Shown: positions 49,208 through 60,250, counted from the first letter of the stretch. The stretch: DNA of 64,000 nucleotides from Blastocatellia bacterium (GCA_963765495.1 CAVXWP010000004.1:160001-224000), one strand, 5' to 3'. Made by a program: numbers and translations. Notes: generated from the sequence alone by a model not told the origin.

Positions 49208-51034
49208 TCACTGAAGCGTTATTCGAAAAGGCGGTCTCTGTATCTCGTTTACGCAGGAAGAATCCAGGTCTTTTGCAGAACCCTTCCGAATAAATTCGGC
49301 CCGCAACCTGTCAAGACATTCCGAGTCGAATGAATGCCCGGTGTTATGAACTATGACGTGCAGGCTGTTCGGCAGATACTTTGCGGCCTCAGCGCCAAGC
49401 TCAGGCGGCGTAACCGGGTCTAACGCGCCCGAGATTATAAGCACCGGAGCGTTCGATTTAACTGGCTGATTGAACCCGTCCGGCAACTTGCTTTGAGGCC
49501 ATTGGCGACAGGCGGTAACATATGCCCGCACGTTGCTCGCTCCGTAATACGTATCGGCAGACTCGCGTTTAATATCATCTTCCGTGATTGACCGAACAAA
49601 TTCGGGGCAAACGACGCTCATTTGTAATCCTCTCGCAATGAAATCATCAAGGGTCTTGAATACCTGAAACGAGATTGAGGCGAATGACGAAAAATTTCCC
49701 TGTGACATTTGATGGATCAAGACGGGCAATAACCTCGCAATTTCGGGTGAGTAGAGCATCAATCGGATATGACTCATGAATACATCGCGCGACATCGTTA
49801 TCTGCTCCCTCTTGTGCGCATAGGGGTTGAACGCCTGGAACGTAATCGGCTCTTTGTCTAACTTCTCAAGGATGGAGTTAAACTCAAAGGCGAGATTGGG
49901 GAATGCTCTGTGGCAAGCGGAATCTTCGGCGCAGTCGTCAAAGAGTCGGGTCAGGGCATGCTGAACGCCTTTTGCAAAAGGCAATGGAATCTTACAGGTC
50001 GGCGGCGCTACGCCTTCGATCATGACGGAGCGGACTCTATCAGGGTGCTGTCTGAGAAAAACAAGCGAGGCCGTAGAGCCGTAAGAGCCGCCGAAAAGAT
50101 CGATCTTTTCGTACCCGAGCGCGGCGCGTACTTCATCAAAATCATCGACGGCATCCGGCGAAGTGTAGAGCGCAAGATCGGCTTTCTTTTCAAGCTGCTC
50201 GCGGCATTCACGCACTTTCTCGATTGTCAGCCCTTCTGTGAAATAGCCGCTCATAGTTTGCCTGTCTCCGAAAAACGAGCAGTCCAGAGGATTCGATTCG
50301 CCAGTGCCGCGCTGATCGATAAAGACCACATCTCGCTCTCTTCGGAATTTGGTCACAAAGTCACCGACGGTCTTGATCTTGCGAGTGGCGCTGCCTCCCG
50401 GGCCGCCTTCAAAATAAAAGACGGCATCCTTTGCGGGTTTGTCTGTGAGCGCGGGCAGAAGAATCACATTGAGCGCGATTTTGCGCCCTGATTTTGCGAC
50501 CCGATCTTCGAAGACCTCATATTTGCCGCACAGGGAGTCTTTTGTCAGGTCAGGCAGGTTGCAAGGCGAAAAAGCCACCCGTCCGCGTCGGTAAGACTTT
50601 ATGTCGGATTGCACCGGATTCGCATTTGAGACTTTGCGTTTGAATATAAGCGGTCGTGTGACTGCCTGCCGCCACTGTCCGGCAATCTCCGAACCATCGC
50701 GGCTGAGCGCCCCTTCAAAGATCGCGCCGATCCTCTCAATTTCAAAATGCACAAACCTGCCTTCGTATGTGATGGAATCAACCGGAAGCTCGATATTGTT
50801 TTGATCGACGCTTATGAGAGATGCACTCGTCTTACCATCCTTTGCTTTTGAGACCTTGAGAATGAGGCGTAGTTTGGTGCTCACGTAATCAATCGTCCCC
50901 TCCCATGTTTCCTGGCCTTCTTCCGGCGGCAAAGATTTGTCCTGCGGTCGAATTGAGTAAGCAGAGCAGGTTCCAGCCAGTAAGCAGAGCAGTGAAAGAA
51001 GAGTGACAAGATTAAGTAGACGGCTCTTTGACAT
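49208..51034 (-). CDS. Exported alpha/beta hydrolase (TAP-like peptidase)
   Basis: GGPG, DQRGTGES, GGSYG, DPVTP, GH; N-terminal beta domain. Confidence 0.9.
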   Translation of the reverse strand: MSKSRLLNLVTLLSLLCLLAGTCSAYSIRPQDKSLPPEEGQETWEGTIDYVSTKLRLILKVSKAKDGKTSASLISVDQNNIELPVDSITYEGRFVHFEIERIGAIFEGALSRDGSEIAGQWRQAVTRPLIFKRKVSNANPVQSDIKSYRRGRVAFSPCNLPDLTKDSLCGKYEVFEDRVAKSGRKIALNVILLPALTDKPAKDAVFYFEGGPGGSATRKIKTVGDFVTKFRRERDVVFIDQRGTGESNPLDCSFFGDRQTMSGYFTEGLTIEKVRECREQLEKKADLALYTSPDAVDDFDEVRAALGYEKIDLFGGSYGSTASLVFLRQHPDRVRSVMIEGVAPPTCKIPLPFAKGVQHALTRLFDDCAEDSACHRAFPNLAFEFNSILEKLDKEPITFQAFNPYAHKREQITMSRDVFMSHIRLMLYSPEIARLLPVLIHQMSQGNFSSFASISFQVFKTLDDFIARGLQMSVVCPEFVRSITEDDIKRESADTYYGASNVRAYVTACRQWPQSKLPDGFNQPVKSNAPVLIISGALDPVTPPELGAEAAKYLPNSLHVIVHNTGHSFDSECLDRLRAEFIRKGSAKDLDSSCVNEIQRPPFRITLQ

Positions 51035-51248
51035 TTCAATTCTCTCTATTCAATAGTCATCGTTTTTCAGATCCACAGGTTTAGGCCGAATTCACGGTAA
51101 TTCGAATGATTGCACCTGGCCTGCGCTGGGTCAACCGGAGCATCAGGCAAGATCCCTACACCACAAGGGAGCAAATTTTCTAAAAGATTTTCACTCCCGT
51201 CATATACACGCGGGTTCCGTCCCATTATACTGCGAAATTGGAGGCAAG

Positions 51249-51770
51249 GTGGACGACCAAACCAATCGCCGGGAATTGATCCATATACTCAGGGCCGCTT
51301 ATTCTGGTGAGCTTGCGGCGGCACTTGCTTACCGTGGACACTGGAAATCCTTAAGAACGGGCTCAAGCGAGCGTCAAAGAATTCAACAGATCGAGCAGGA
51401 AGAGTGGGTTCATCGCGAAAGGGTTGGATTCATACTCGACACGCTTACGTCTCGGCCCCGAAAGCTGAAAGAGGGAAGGATGTGGATTATTGGCCGAGTG
51501 ATTGGCGGCCTGTGTTACGTGCTTGGCTGGTTCATGCCCATGTATTTCGCGGGCCGGCTGGAAAGCCAGAATGTAAAGGAATACGAATCGGCCGCCTTCT
51601 ATGCCGACGCGCTGGGTCTGATCGAATTTCAGAATGATCTGCTTGAGATGGCGAGGGTAGAAAAAGAGCACGAAATCTTTTTCCTGAGCACGGTCGCCAA
51701 CCACCCTCTTTTACCTCTGATGCAAAGCATCTTCGGCTGGGGAGGAGAAGCAGTAGGCAGTAGGCAGTAG
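51249..51770 (+). CDS. Ferritin-like diiron protein (Coq7/demethoxyubiquinone hydroxylase-like)
   Basis: AYSGE, EEWVH, LE...Y and EKEH ligands. Confidence 0.78.
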   Translation: MDDQTNRRELIHILRAAYSGELAAALAYRGHWKSLRTGSSERQRIQQIEQEEWVHRERVGFILDTLTSRPRKLKEGRMWIIGRVIGGLCYVLGWFMPMYFAGRLESQNVKEYESAAFYADALGLIEFQNDLLEMARVEKEHEIFFLSTVANHPLLPLMQSIFGWGGEAVGSRQ

Positions 51771-51923
51771 GCAGTTATTTTGAAGCCAAGAACTGATCCG
51801 CGAAAATCCGTCTGATCCGCGTCATCCGTGGCCTATTCCAACTGCTCTGATCATGCAGTTGGCTGGAAAGCGATATGTATCCTTAAAAAACTGCCTACTG
51901 CCTACTGCTTACTGCCTACTGCT
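51749..51923. repeat. Inverted heptamer array (GCAGTAG)n...(CTACTGC)n with a nested CGGAT-family repeat
   Basis: The left arm supplies the TAG stop of the ferritin-like gene; it lies between convergent genes. Confidence 0.9.
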
Positions 51924-51928
51924 TTGCC

Positions 51929-54277
51929 TCACTCCGCGAGCAATTCCTTGATGTTTGCTTCGAATATCTCTTTTTTGGTCACGCCGACGTGTCTGTAACG
52001 GATGCGGCCCTGCTTGTCTATTATGATGGCTACCGGCAGAGACGAATCGCCTATCTTCAGGGATTCGGCTATTTTTTCATCGCCTATGACCTGTCTGTAA
52101 TCCATCGGGTGCTCTTTCAAGAAAGGTTTCACTACTTCCGCTCCTCCTTCATCGAGAGAAACCCCGATCAGTTCCATCCCGTTTGCCTTGTGCTCGCTTT
52201 GGAGTTGATTGAACATCGGGATTTCAGAGAGACACGGCACGCACCACGTAGCCCAGAAATCCAGAACCACTACCTTGCCCCGCAATGAAGCTAGATCGAG
52301 CGCCCCTCCATCCAGAAGGTTGAGATTCAAGGCAGGCGCGGCCTCGTACGCGCCGTTTGCGCCTGCGTCTGTCATTACAGATTTATCACCGCTCGTATTT
52401 CTAGCAAGCGTTCCATCCGTTGAAGGAGATTCGACCTGCTTCATCCTTGAAAGGAACTTATCGGGCTTTTCGAATCCTTCAAGTCTCAGTTCTCTTCTCT
52501 CTTTACCTTGAGGGTCGAGAAATAGGACCGTCGGAACACCGAGTATATCGAATCGTTTCTTTGCAGCAGCCGCTTCCGGGTTAGAATCGCTTGAGGTCAA
52601 ATCGAGTTTCAGAGTCACAAATCTCTCAGCATCGTCTTTGACACTGCCGTCTGTGAAGGTCACATTATCAAGCTCCTTGCACGGAATACACCAATCGGCA
52701 AAGGTGTCTATTATGACGCCCTTCCCTTCCGCCTGCGCCGAGGCAATCGCCTGCTCGCTGTAAGGATGCCACGTAATTCCGGCTTCGGTCTGCTTTGGCA
52801 TCGCAAGGACTACGGCTATTACAGCCGCGCCTACGCCTATTGCGCGAAGCACCCACGCAAACTGTTTTGGCCTTGTGCGGGCAGGCTCCCAGAAGATCAG
52901 GTAGAGAGCCGACAGCGCAAAGAAGGCGACAAAAACATAAGTGGCATACCTGCCCATCAAAGGCATCAGAAAATAGAGCGCCATGCCGATCAGGACAAGC
53001 CCGAACACTTTGCGAACCGTCACCATCCATTCACCCGAACGAGGCAAGGAATTGAGCGCGCCCGAAAATGTCCCCAGTATCAAATAAGGCAGTCCCAACC
53101 CGAGCGCCAGCACAAAGAACATGAAGAATCCGTATACGGGATCGCCTTTCGTGCTAACGTGAAGCAGCAATCCTAGAACGAAAGGACCTATGCAGGGAGC
53201 GGCAACGATCCCCATGGTCAATCCCATGACGAGCGCGCCTATTATGCCGTTTGTTGATTGAGTGCTTCTGGTCGCAAACGTATTCAGGAAACCGGGCAAT
53301 CGGAATTCGTAAACGCCAAACATCGAGAGCGCAAGCCCTACCATCAAAGCGGCAAGCCCGATCAACACAATGGGATTTTGCAGCGCCGCGCCAAACAACC
53401 CCTTCGTCATAGAAGCGATTACGCCCAGAATCGAGTAGGTTATCGCCATCCCTACGACATACATCGAAGCCATCGTAAAGGTGCGGCTGAGACGCGGCTT
53501 TCCTCCGCTCGCGCTTTGATTGGCAAAAAAGCCTATCGTGATGGGAATGATAGGATAGACGCAGGGCGTAGCGTTGAGCGCGAGGCCCGCCAGAAAGACC
53601 GAGATCAAGGCGAAGAAGAGTCCCCGGCTCGCGATCAGGTTTGACAGGTCATCGCTCTTTTGCCCGCCTCCGAACTGTACGAGATCAGATTTTGCTTCTC
53701 CGGCATTTGTCGCCGCTGAGGTTTGCATATCGGCTTTAGAAAAAATATCAGCGTTGATCTGCTGAACTGCCTGCCCTGCGGCGAGGGTTTTTACGGGTAT
53801 CTCTATCTTGAGGTCATCAGGCGCAAGACACTGCGAGTCGTTACAGGACTGTACCGTGACGGTCGCCTTGAGCGTAGCGTCTCCCGGCTTCAGCGATTTA
53901 TCGGTTTCCACTTCGGCCACCAGTATGACCGTCCCTTCGTGGACCGCCAGAGGGGTATCGGGCGAGAACTCGAATTTTACCTGTTCGGGCGCGGGGTATT
54001 TGACCTCGCCAAATTTGAATCCGGGAGCGGGATCGAACGCCACATTTGTAGCAATTAGATAATCGAGCGTCGGCGTGTGCGCGTTTATGTGATAGCCCTT
54101 ATCAATATCGAGGGTGATTGCGACCTTGAACTTATCGCCCGGGCGCACACCGTCAGCCGAGATGTCACCCTTTGCCCGGACTACGCGACTGCTCGACTGG
54201 CCAAACACCGCAAAAACGAACGACAGCGCAAAGATGAGCGCGAGGCACGATTGGAGGATTATTCTTTTCTTATTCAT
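51929..54277 (-). CDS. dsbD: Protein-disulfide reductase DsbD fused to an extra TlpA-like domain
   Basis: Alpha QSCNDSQC, beta TPCVYP/APC, gamma WCIPC, extra FWATWCVPC. Confidence 0.9.
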   Translation of the reverse strand: MNKKRIILQSCLALIFALSFVFAVFGQSSSRVVRAKGDISADGVRPGDKFKVAITLDIDKGYHINAHTPTLDYLIATNVAFDPAPGFKFGEVKYPAPEQVKFEFSPDTPLAVHEGTVILVAEVETDKSLKPGDATLKATVTVQSCNDSQCLAPDDLKIEIPVKTLAAGQAVQQINADIFSKADMQTSAATNAGEAKSDLVQFGGGQKSDDLSNLIASRGLFFALISVFLAGLALNATPCVYPIIPITIGFFANQSASGGKPRLSRTFTMASMYVVGMAITYSILGVIASMTKGLFGAALQNPIVLIGLAALMVGLALSMFGVYEFRLPGFLNTFATRSTQSTNGIIGALVMGLTMGIVAAPCIGPFVLGLLLHVSTKGDPVYGFFMFFVLALGLGLPYLILGTFSGALNSLPRSGEWMVTVRKVFGLVLIGMALYFLMPLMGRYATYVFVAFFALSALYLIFWEPARTRPKQFAWVLRAIGVGAAVIAVVLAMPKQTEAGITWHPYSEQAIASAQAEGKGVIIDTFADWCIPCKELDNVTFTDGSVKDDAERFVTLKLDLTSSDSNPEAAAAKKRFDILGVPTVLFLDPQGKERRELRLEGFEKPDKFLSRMKQVESPSTDGTLARNTSGDKSVMTDAGANGAYEAAPALNLNLLDGGALDLASLRGKVVVLDFWATWCVPCLSEIPMFNQLQSEHKANGMELIGVSLDEGGAEVVKPFLKEHPMDYRQVIGDEKIAESLKIGDSSLPVAIIIDKQGRIRYRHVGVTKKEIFEANIKELLAE

Positions 54278-54362
54278 AGGAGCCTTCTGTGAGTCGAAGC
54301 GGCAGGGTCGAATTTCAAAGCCTGGTAATTTCAAAGCCTGGTATCGAGCCGCTCGTCTTCGA

Positions 54363-54869
54363 TCAATTCTTTCGGAGGTTCTGGACCATCTCCGGCGTCA
54401 CTTCGCCGAAGGTCACGACCTTGCCGCCGTTTGCCGCCGCAAAGTCGCGCGCCTCTTCGGGTCTGTTGAAAGCAAGTAAGTCAGGTCCCATAGGGCCTTC
54501 GATTTTGCTTTTGTAAACCAGCGAGGCTTCTCTGGCGTCTATCACCTTCCTGCTGTTGTAGTCCTTGACGAGAACCTTTTCGATGTTTGTCCGGCTCTTC
54601 TGCGCGGCCGTGACATCGTTGTAACGATCCGGCGCAGAATAAAAAGTCATCATGTCGCCCGCCGATTCAAACATCAGCTTTGTTCCGTCTTTGTAAATGA
54701 TTTCGGACGCAAACTGGTCTCCCGAGGTCACCTTCATACCGCATACGGGGCAATAGCCCGTAGCGGCATCCGCTGAGATCGGGCCGCTTTTCTTCTCTAC
54801 ACAGGACCAGAAAACCAGAGAAAACATCAAACAGCTTAGAGCCGGAAAGATTCTCGTCATTTGCTTCAT
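54363..54869 (-). CDS. NosL family copper-binding lipoprotein
   Basis: Lipobox-like Cys, CPVCGM, GPMG, AF..EEA..F...GG. Confidence 0.85.
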   Translation of the reverse strand: MKQMTRIFPALSCLMFSLVFWSCVEKKSGPISADAATGYCPVCGMKVTSGDQFASEIIYKDGTKLMFESAGDMMTFYSAPDRYNDVTAAQKSRTNIEKVLVKDYNSRKVIDAREASLVYKSKIEGPMGPDLLAFNRPEEARDFAAANGGKVVTFGEVTPEMVQNLRKN

Positions 54870-55999
54870 CTATCAAGTTCCTTCGAGTCGTCTCCCTTTG
54901 ATTCGATCCACCCGCCGCCGACTACAACGTCGCCGTCATAGAAGACCGTGGCCTGCCCTGGAGTGATTGCCGATTGAGGTTCGTCAAACTCTACGCGGAC
55001 CCTGCCCGCGCCCGTAGGAATTATCGTGGCGGGCGCTTCGACCGCTCTGTACCTTATGCGCACGTTTGCGCGCACAGGCGCGTCGGGCGGCGCGATGCTT
55101 ATCCAGTTGACGCCCACGGCCGAAAGCGACTTGCCGTAAAGGTCTTCGCGCTTTCCTACCACGAGTTGATTGCGCGGCACATCGATCTTCACAACGTAAA
55201 GCGGATCGGGAGCGGCAATGCCTATGCCCTTCCGCTGTCCCACGGTGTAGCGGTGAAGCCCTGTATGCTCGCCAATGATCGAGCCATCGGTCGAGGCGAT
55301 CTCTCCGCGACCGAGCGTCGGGCTCTCTTGCCCGATTTCCTTTCGGGCATAGTCTTCGACAAATCGGGCATAGTTGCCGTCGGGGACGAAGCAGATTTCC
55401 TGGCTTTCCTGTTTTTCAGCCGTCTCAAGCCCGAGGCCGCGCGCTACCTCGCGCACCTCGGCCTTCGTCATATCTCCGAGCGGGAAGACCGCGCATCCAA
55501 GTTGCTTCTGCGTCATCTCAAACAAAAAATAAGACTGATCCTTTGAAAGATCGCGACCCTTCAATAGTCTATATCGCCCGGAGCCCTTATCGTATTCCAC
55601 ACGAGCGTAATGGCCTGTGGCCACGCTCTCGGCTCCGACCTGGCGCGCAACCGTGACCAGCCGGGCAAATTTCAGCTTCGTATTACAGGAAACGCACGGT
55701 ATGGGGGTGCGACCCGACAGGTAATCCTCCACGAAGGGGCGAACCACGGCGCGCTCGAATTCTTCTTCGAGATTAAGCACATAGAAAGGAAAATCCAGAC
55801 CTTCGGCCACTCGCCGCGCATCGTAAACATCGTCGAGCGAGCAGCACCTTGACGGCTGCGGCTCGCCTTCGGGCGAAAGCCTGCGGCGCTGATTCCACAA
55901 CTGCATGGTGAAACCCACTACGTTGTGGTTCTGGTTTTTGAGTATCGCGGCTGCGACAGAACTGTCAACGCCGCCGCTCATCGCTACTGCTATATTCAT
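54866..55999 (-). CDS. mnmA: tRNA 2-thiouridine(34) synthase
   Basis: [37 protein letters not shown]. Confidence 0.97.
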   Translation of the reverse strand: MNIAVAMSGGVDSSVAAAILKNQNHNVVGFTMQLWNQRRRLSPEGEPQPSRCCSLDDVYDARRVAEGLDFPFYVLNLEEEFERAVVRPFVEDYLSGRTPIPCVSCNTKLKFARLVTVARQVGAESVATGHYARVEYDKGSGRYRLLKGRDLSKDQSYFLFEMTQKQLGCAVFPLGDMTKAEVREVARGLGLETAEKQESQEICFVPDGNYARFVEDYARKEIGQESPTLGRGEIASTDGSIIGEHTGLHRYTVGQRKGIGIAAPDPLYVVKIDVPRNQLVVGKREDLYGKSLSAVGVNWISIAPPDAPVRANVRIRYRAVEAPATIIPTGAGRVRVEFDEPQSAITPGQATVFYDGDVVVGGGWIESKGDDSKELDR

Positions 56000-56325
56000 T
56001 CGCTGCTCACTCAATCGGCTACGGCCAATAAATTCTCAGGAAATACTAGGGTACTCAGTGTATCTGGCGGCTTTGCGAAAAATAGATCAACGCAAAGGCG
56101 CAAAGCCGCTAAGTACGCAAAGGCTTTTCATAAAGCAATCAGCAGTCCCCTGCAATCCCGACCTGTGGCCGAACCGCATTCGTCTTGGCTCGTTTAAGGG
56201 CCAGATGCTATGATCGTAATTTGTGGCGGTAAGGGTGAAAAAGCCTGCCAGCCACAAAGAAAGAAATTATACACGACCGGGAAACCTACAGCCAGTTTGC
56301 CGGTCCGCAATACTAAAGTGAAGAT

Positions 56326-57147
56326 ATGACATCTAATGAGACGCTGGAACAGAGAATCGAACAATATGTCCTCAAACGTGAGCCATACTACCTTCCCGTA
56401 GGCAAAGAGGTAGAGCTATTTGAGGCGGCCTACGGCACGAAACTGCCCGTGATGCTTAAAGGCCCGACCGGATGCGGGAAGACCCGTTTTATCGAGTATA
56501 TGGCGTGGCGGCTGGGCCGCCCGCTCATCACCGTAGCCTGTCACGAAGACCTGTCGGCCACCGATCTTGTCGGGCGATTTCTGCTTGAAGGAGACGAAAC
56601 GGTCTGGCACGACGGGCCGCTTACTACTGCCGTGCGTCACGGCGCTATCTGTTATCTGGATGAGGTCGTGGAAGCGCGGAAAGACACCATTGTGCTGATC
56701 CATCCGCTCACGGATGACCGCCGCATCCTCCCGGTCGAGAAACGCGGCCTGATCCTTCAAGCGCCCGAAGAATTTCTGCTCGTAGTCTCTTACAACCCCG
56801 GTTATCAAAGCGTGCTCAAAGACCTGAAGCAATCAACCAGGCAGAGGTTTATCAGCTTCGAATTCACATATCCGCCAGCGCAGCTTGAGATCGAGGTGGT
56901 GATGCACGAAGGCGGGGTTGATGAACAGACCGCTCAGGACCTTGTATTGATAGGCGAGAAGGTACGAAATCTCAAAGGCCACGGTCTTGAGGAAGGCGTA
57001 TCGACTCGACTGCTGGTTTACGCCGCACAGTTGATCAGCCGGGGCATCCACCCGCACGTAGCCTGCGAAGTCGCAATAAAAAGTCCCATCACCGATGATG
57101 CCGAGCTTCAGCGAAGTATCCGCGAAATCGTCACCACCGTCATCTAA
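56326..57147 (+). CDS. CbbQ/NirQ/NorQ family AAA+ ATPase
   Basis: [44 protein letters not shown]. Confidence 0.93.
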   Translation: MTSNETLEQRIEQYVLKREPYYLPVGKEVELFEAAYGTKLPVMLKGPTGCGKTRFIEYMAWRLGRPLITVACHEDLSATDLVGRFLLEGDETVWHDGPLTTAVRHGAICYLDEVVEARKDTIVLIHPLTDDRRILPVEKRGLILQAPEEFLLVVSYNPGYQSVLKDLKQSTRQRFISFEFTYPPAQLEIEVVMHEGGVDEQTAQDLVLIGEKVRNLKGHGLEEGVSTRLLVYAAQLISRGIHPHVACEVAIKSPITDDAELQRSIREIVTTVI

Positions 57148-57437
57148 AGACGGGGCCAGGGGCCGGTAATTTCAAAGGAACCGCAAATTCGATTCGCGAA
57201 AATCCACCTTAATCCGCGCCCGTCCCGGTCTATCGCGATTACCCCAATCAAGCCGTTTTATCTATTACGATAAGAGCCCTTACGAACCGGCCCCCACCCC
57301 CTGGCTCCCGGCCCCCGTTTCCTACTCCCTTGAAAAGCCATGTAAAGATGTGGCACCTTGTTAGTGCGTGTCCAGCGGCCCCTTCTGTGTGGATGCTCAG
57401 ACATCGTCAATGTTTAGTGAGATGTGGTTGAACAAGT

Positions 57438-57662
57438 ATGAACAGAGGTCAGCAAGCCTGGATCAGAATTCGCGGGGCACCGGATGATCCGGAGTCTTTC
57501 GATCTGGCTACCTGGAACGGGATAGTCTGGGAAATACCTCGCAGAAATTCGCTCGGCGATACGATTCATATACAGATTCCCGATTATATGGTCATAGAGA
57601 CCATGCCGACCACAACCAACCCAATAGATGTCTACCGCGACCGCCCGGGCGAGGCGGGATAG
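57438..57662 (+). CDS. Small hypothetical protein
   Basis: 74-aa ATG ORF filling the gap before a convergent gene; weak SD. Confidence 0.45.
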   Translation: MNRGQQAWIRIRGAPDDPESFDLATWNGIVWEIPRRNSLGDTIHIQIPDYMVIETMPTTTNPIDVYRDRPGEAG

Positions 57663-57677
57663 AGGTAAATCTGTTTC

Positions 57678-58634
57678 TCACCCCTTCCTGTTGACCACTC
57701 TGTTTGCGAGTCTTCCGATGCGCTCTATCTCAACCTCAATCTGATCGCCCGCTTTTAAGAAGACCGGCGGATTGCGGAAAACCCCTACGCCCGAAGGCGT
57801 GCCCGTGGTAATGATGTCGCCCGGTCTCAGGGTCAAATCCTGAGAGATGAATTCGATCAACTGCGGAAGCTTGAATATCAAATCGTTTGTGTTGGAACTC
57901 TGCCGCAACTCGCCGTTTACGCGCAATTGTATGTCGAGTGTATGCGGGTCCCCTATCTCATCCCCTGTCACAAGCCAGGGGCCGCAGGGCGCGAAGCTAT
58001 CCAGGCCCTTGGCTCGCACCCACTGATTTTCTCTCTTTTGAAGATCACGCGCCGTCACATCGTTCATTATCATGTAGCCCGCCACGTAATCGAGAGCCGC
58101 ATCTGCTCCGACCGATCTGGCTTCGCGTCCAATCACAAAGGCAAGCTCGGCTTCGTAATCGACCTTATCGCTTATCTCGGGCAGGATGATCTCGGAATCG
58201 TGGGCCGCAAGCGCCGTGACGCATTTTGAAAAGATTAAAGGGAATTCCGGCGGGGTGATGTTTTGCTCTGCGGCGTGCGCGGCGTAATTCAAGCCCACGG
58301 CCAGAATCTTTTCGGGGGCTATCACCGGGGGATTCAGGCTGGCTCCCTCAAGCGGTAAGAGCGCGCCCTCCTTTTTACATTCTTCGGCAAGGAATCTGTC
58401 GCTCTCAAAGCGAGAGACCATCTCTTGCAACCAGCCAGCGCCTCGCAGCCAGAGCGCCAAAGCGTCCTGATATCTGTTATCGGTATGGCCAGCAGGTGTA
58501 GGATTTGCCGGTCTATCGACCCACTCGCCTTTCTGCTCCAGAATCTCACAAAGGCCGGTGACATCGAGCACGGTTTCGCCAAGCAGAATACCGCCACGCG
58601 CATGCCCTTCTACATTTATTGACAATAGCTTCAT
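57678..58634 (-). CDS. Fumarylacetoacetate hydrolase family protein
   Basis: GLNYAAH, DYEAEL, NDVTARD, AKGLDSF, TGTPSGVG. Confidence 0.94.
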   Translation of the reverse strand: MKLLSINVEGHARGGILLGETVLDVTGLCEILEQKGEWVDRPANPTPAGHTDNRYQDALALWLRGAGWLQEMVSRFESDRFLAEECKKEGALLPLEGASLNPPVIAPEKILAVGLNYAAHAAEQNITPPEFPLIFSKCVTALAAHDSEIILPEISDKVDYEAELAFVIGREARSVGADAALDYVAGYMIMNDVTARDLQKRENQWVRAKGLDSFAPCGPWLVTGDEIGDPHTLDIQLRVNGELRQSSNTNDLIFKLPQLIEFISQDLTLRPGDIITTGTPSGVGVFRNPPVFLKAGDQIEVEIERIGRLANRVVNRKG

Positions 58635-58743
58635 TGCTGCCTCCTTTACGGAGGCTTATTATAATGGTCCATCGCCAAAAGATGACAGCCTTGAGGAGAT
58701 TTTTTGATTCTTTAATCAGCCGGGTCGCGCTGGAGTGAGCAAT

Positions 58744-59781
58744 ATGAAAATGAGACTGGCTTTTGTGGGATTTGGCAACGTTGCGCGAGCATTTGCGCGC
58801 CAGCTTGACAGCCGCGCAAAGATGCTCGCGGATGAACTCGGCGTAACGTGGCAGACAACAGCGATAGCCACCGCAAATCACGGCTGCGTGGTTTCAGACG
58901 AAGGGCTGAACCTCGATAAAGCAATTAAGATGGCCGAACTTGGAGAGAGCCTTGTTGCGCTCAAGGGCGCTACCGCGTGCCTGGATTCGATGGATGTGAT
59001 CAAGAGATGCAATGCCGACCTGCTTTTTGAGACCACTCCACTCGACCCGCAGGCAGGCGAGCCTGCCGTCTCTCACATCCGCAACGCCCTCAAACGCAAA
59101 ATCCATGTCGTCACGGCAAACAAGGGGCCGGTTGCTTTCGCCTTCAAAGAATTGAAGGCTCTTGCAATCGAGCAGGGCGCACACTTTCGCTTCGAATCCT
59201 CGGTGATGGACGGCGCTCCGGTTTTCAATCTGGCCGAATATTGTCTCCCCGCCGCAAAGATAACCGCCCTTTCGGGTGTACTCAACAGCACTACCAACAT
59301 GATTCTTTCGGGGATGGAGAGCGGTCGCCCGTTTGATGAGAGCCTTGATGAAGCGAGACGGCTTGGTATAGCCGAAGCCAACAGCGATTACGATCTGGAT
59401 GGTTGGGATACGGCCGTTAAGATGATTGCGCTCGTGCAGGTATTGATGGGGATTGATGTGCGGCTTGCAGAAGTAGACCGCACTGGCATTCGCGACATCA
59501 CCCCTGATGTCTTGCAATCGGCGGCGCAGAAGGGCTCGGTCGTGCGTCTTATGGCTCGCGCAGAGAAGGCTGCCGGGGGCGTAAAGATCAAAGTTGCCCC
59601 AGAAAACGTGCCTCTGACTTCGCCCTTTGGCTCTGTGCGCGGCACTTCGAGCCTGCTTGTCATCAAATCGGATTTGATGGGAGAGATTGGCATTTACGAG
59701 GAAGCCCCCGGCATAGAGCAAACCGCCTACGGGCTGTTGAGCGATATGATGAGAATCTGCGAAGAATTAAAGCGGCCGTGA
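58744..59781 (+). CDS. hom: Homoserine dehydrogenase
   Basis: GFGNV, VTANKGP, FESSVMDG.P, NSTTN, GIAEA..DLDGWD..K. Confidence 0.9.
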   Translation: MKMRLAFVGFGNVARAFARQLDSRAKMLADELGVTWQTTAIATANHGCVVSDEGLNLDKAIKMAELGESLVALKGATACLDSMDVIKRCNADLLFETTPLDPQAGEPAVSHIRNALKRKIHVVTANKGPVAFAFKELKALAIEQGAHFRFESSVMDGAPVFNLAEYCLPAAKITALSGVLNSTTNMILSGMESGRPFDESLDEARRLGIAEANSDYDLDGWDTAVKMIALVQVLMGIDVRLAEVDRTGIRDITPDVLQSAAQKGSVVRLMARAEKAAGGVKIKVAPENVPLTSPFGSVRGTSSLLVIKSDLMGEIGIYEEAPGIEQTAYGLLSDMMRICEELKRP

Positions 59782-59800
59782 TGCGACTACTCTCCTCGCA

Positions 59801-60250
59801 CTAATCGATTGGAGGATCGGTGACATCTGCCGTGTCATAAGCGCGCGCGCGAATTACTCCGGTTTGATCTATGTAATATGAGAGCGTAGCCAGATATGCA
59901 GATTTTCGTCTTGCGCGGCCGTACCATTGAGATATATTTGGAGCCCCTCCTATGGTCGTTTCGGAATCTATGCTGTAGTTATATGCGATATCATCGGCTG
60001 TGTTATCGGATCGCAATGCCGCGTTTATGAATTTCTCTTGAATCAGCACTTCGTCATTGTCGGCATAATTACCGTGCACGCGCTTATACATTTCCTGACC
60101 GGGCAGCCAGGATTTCATATACCTGACGGCATTGGCCCCGTAAGCCGCTTTTCTCGCCTTCAAGACATTCGGCACTGCAATAGCCGAAACGACTCCGATA
60201 ATCGCCACGACGATCAGCAATTCGATAAGAGAAAATCCCTTTTCTTTCAC
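59801..60250 (-). CDS. Type IV pilin-like protein (N-methyl-Phe motif)
   Basis: KG|FSLIELLIVVAIIGVVSAIAVP. Confidence 0.92.
   Translation of the reverse strand: MKEKGFSLIELLIVVAIIGVVSAIAVPNVLKARKAAYGANAVRYMKSWLPGQEMYKRVHGNYADNDEVLIQEKFINAALRSDNTADDIAYNYSIDSETTIGGAPNISQWYGRARRKSAYLATLSYYIDQTGVIRARAYDTADVTDPPID

Noticed and set aside
4222-59721. Many long antisense or overlapping ORFs (e.g. 4222-5244, 29445-30602, 58894-59721)
   Set aside because: They are expected shadows of GC-rich genes with clear functions on the other strand.
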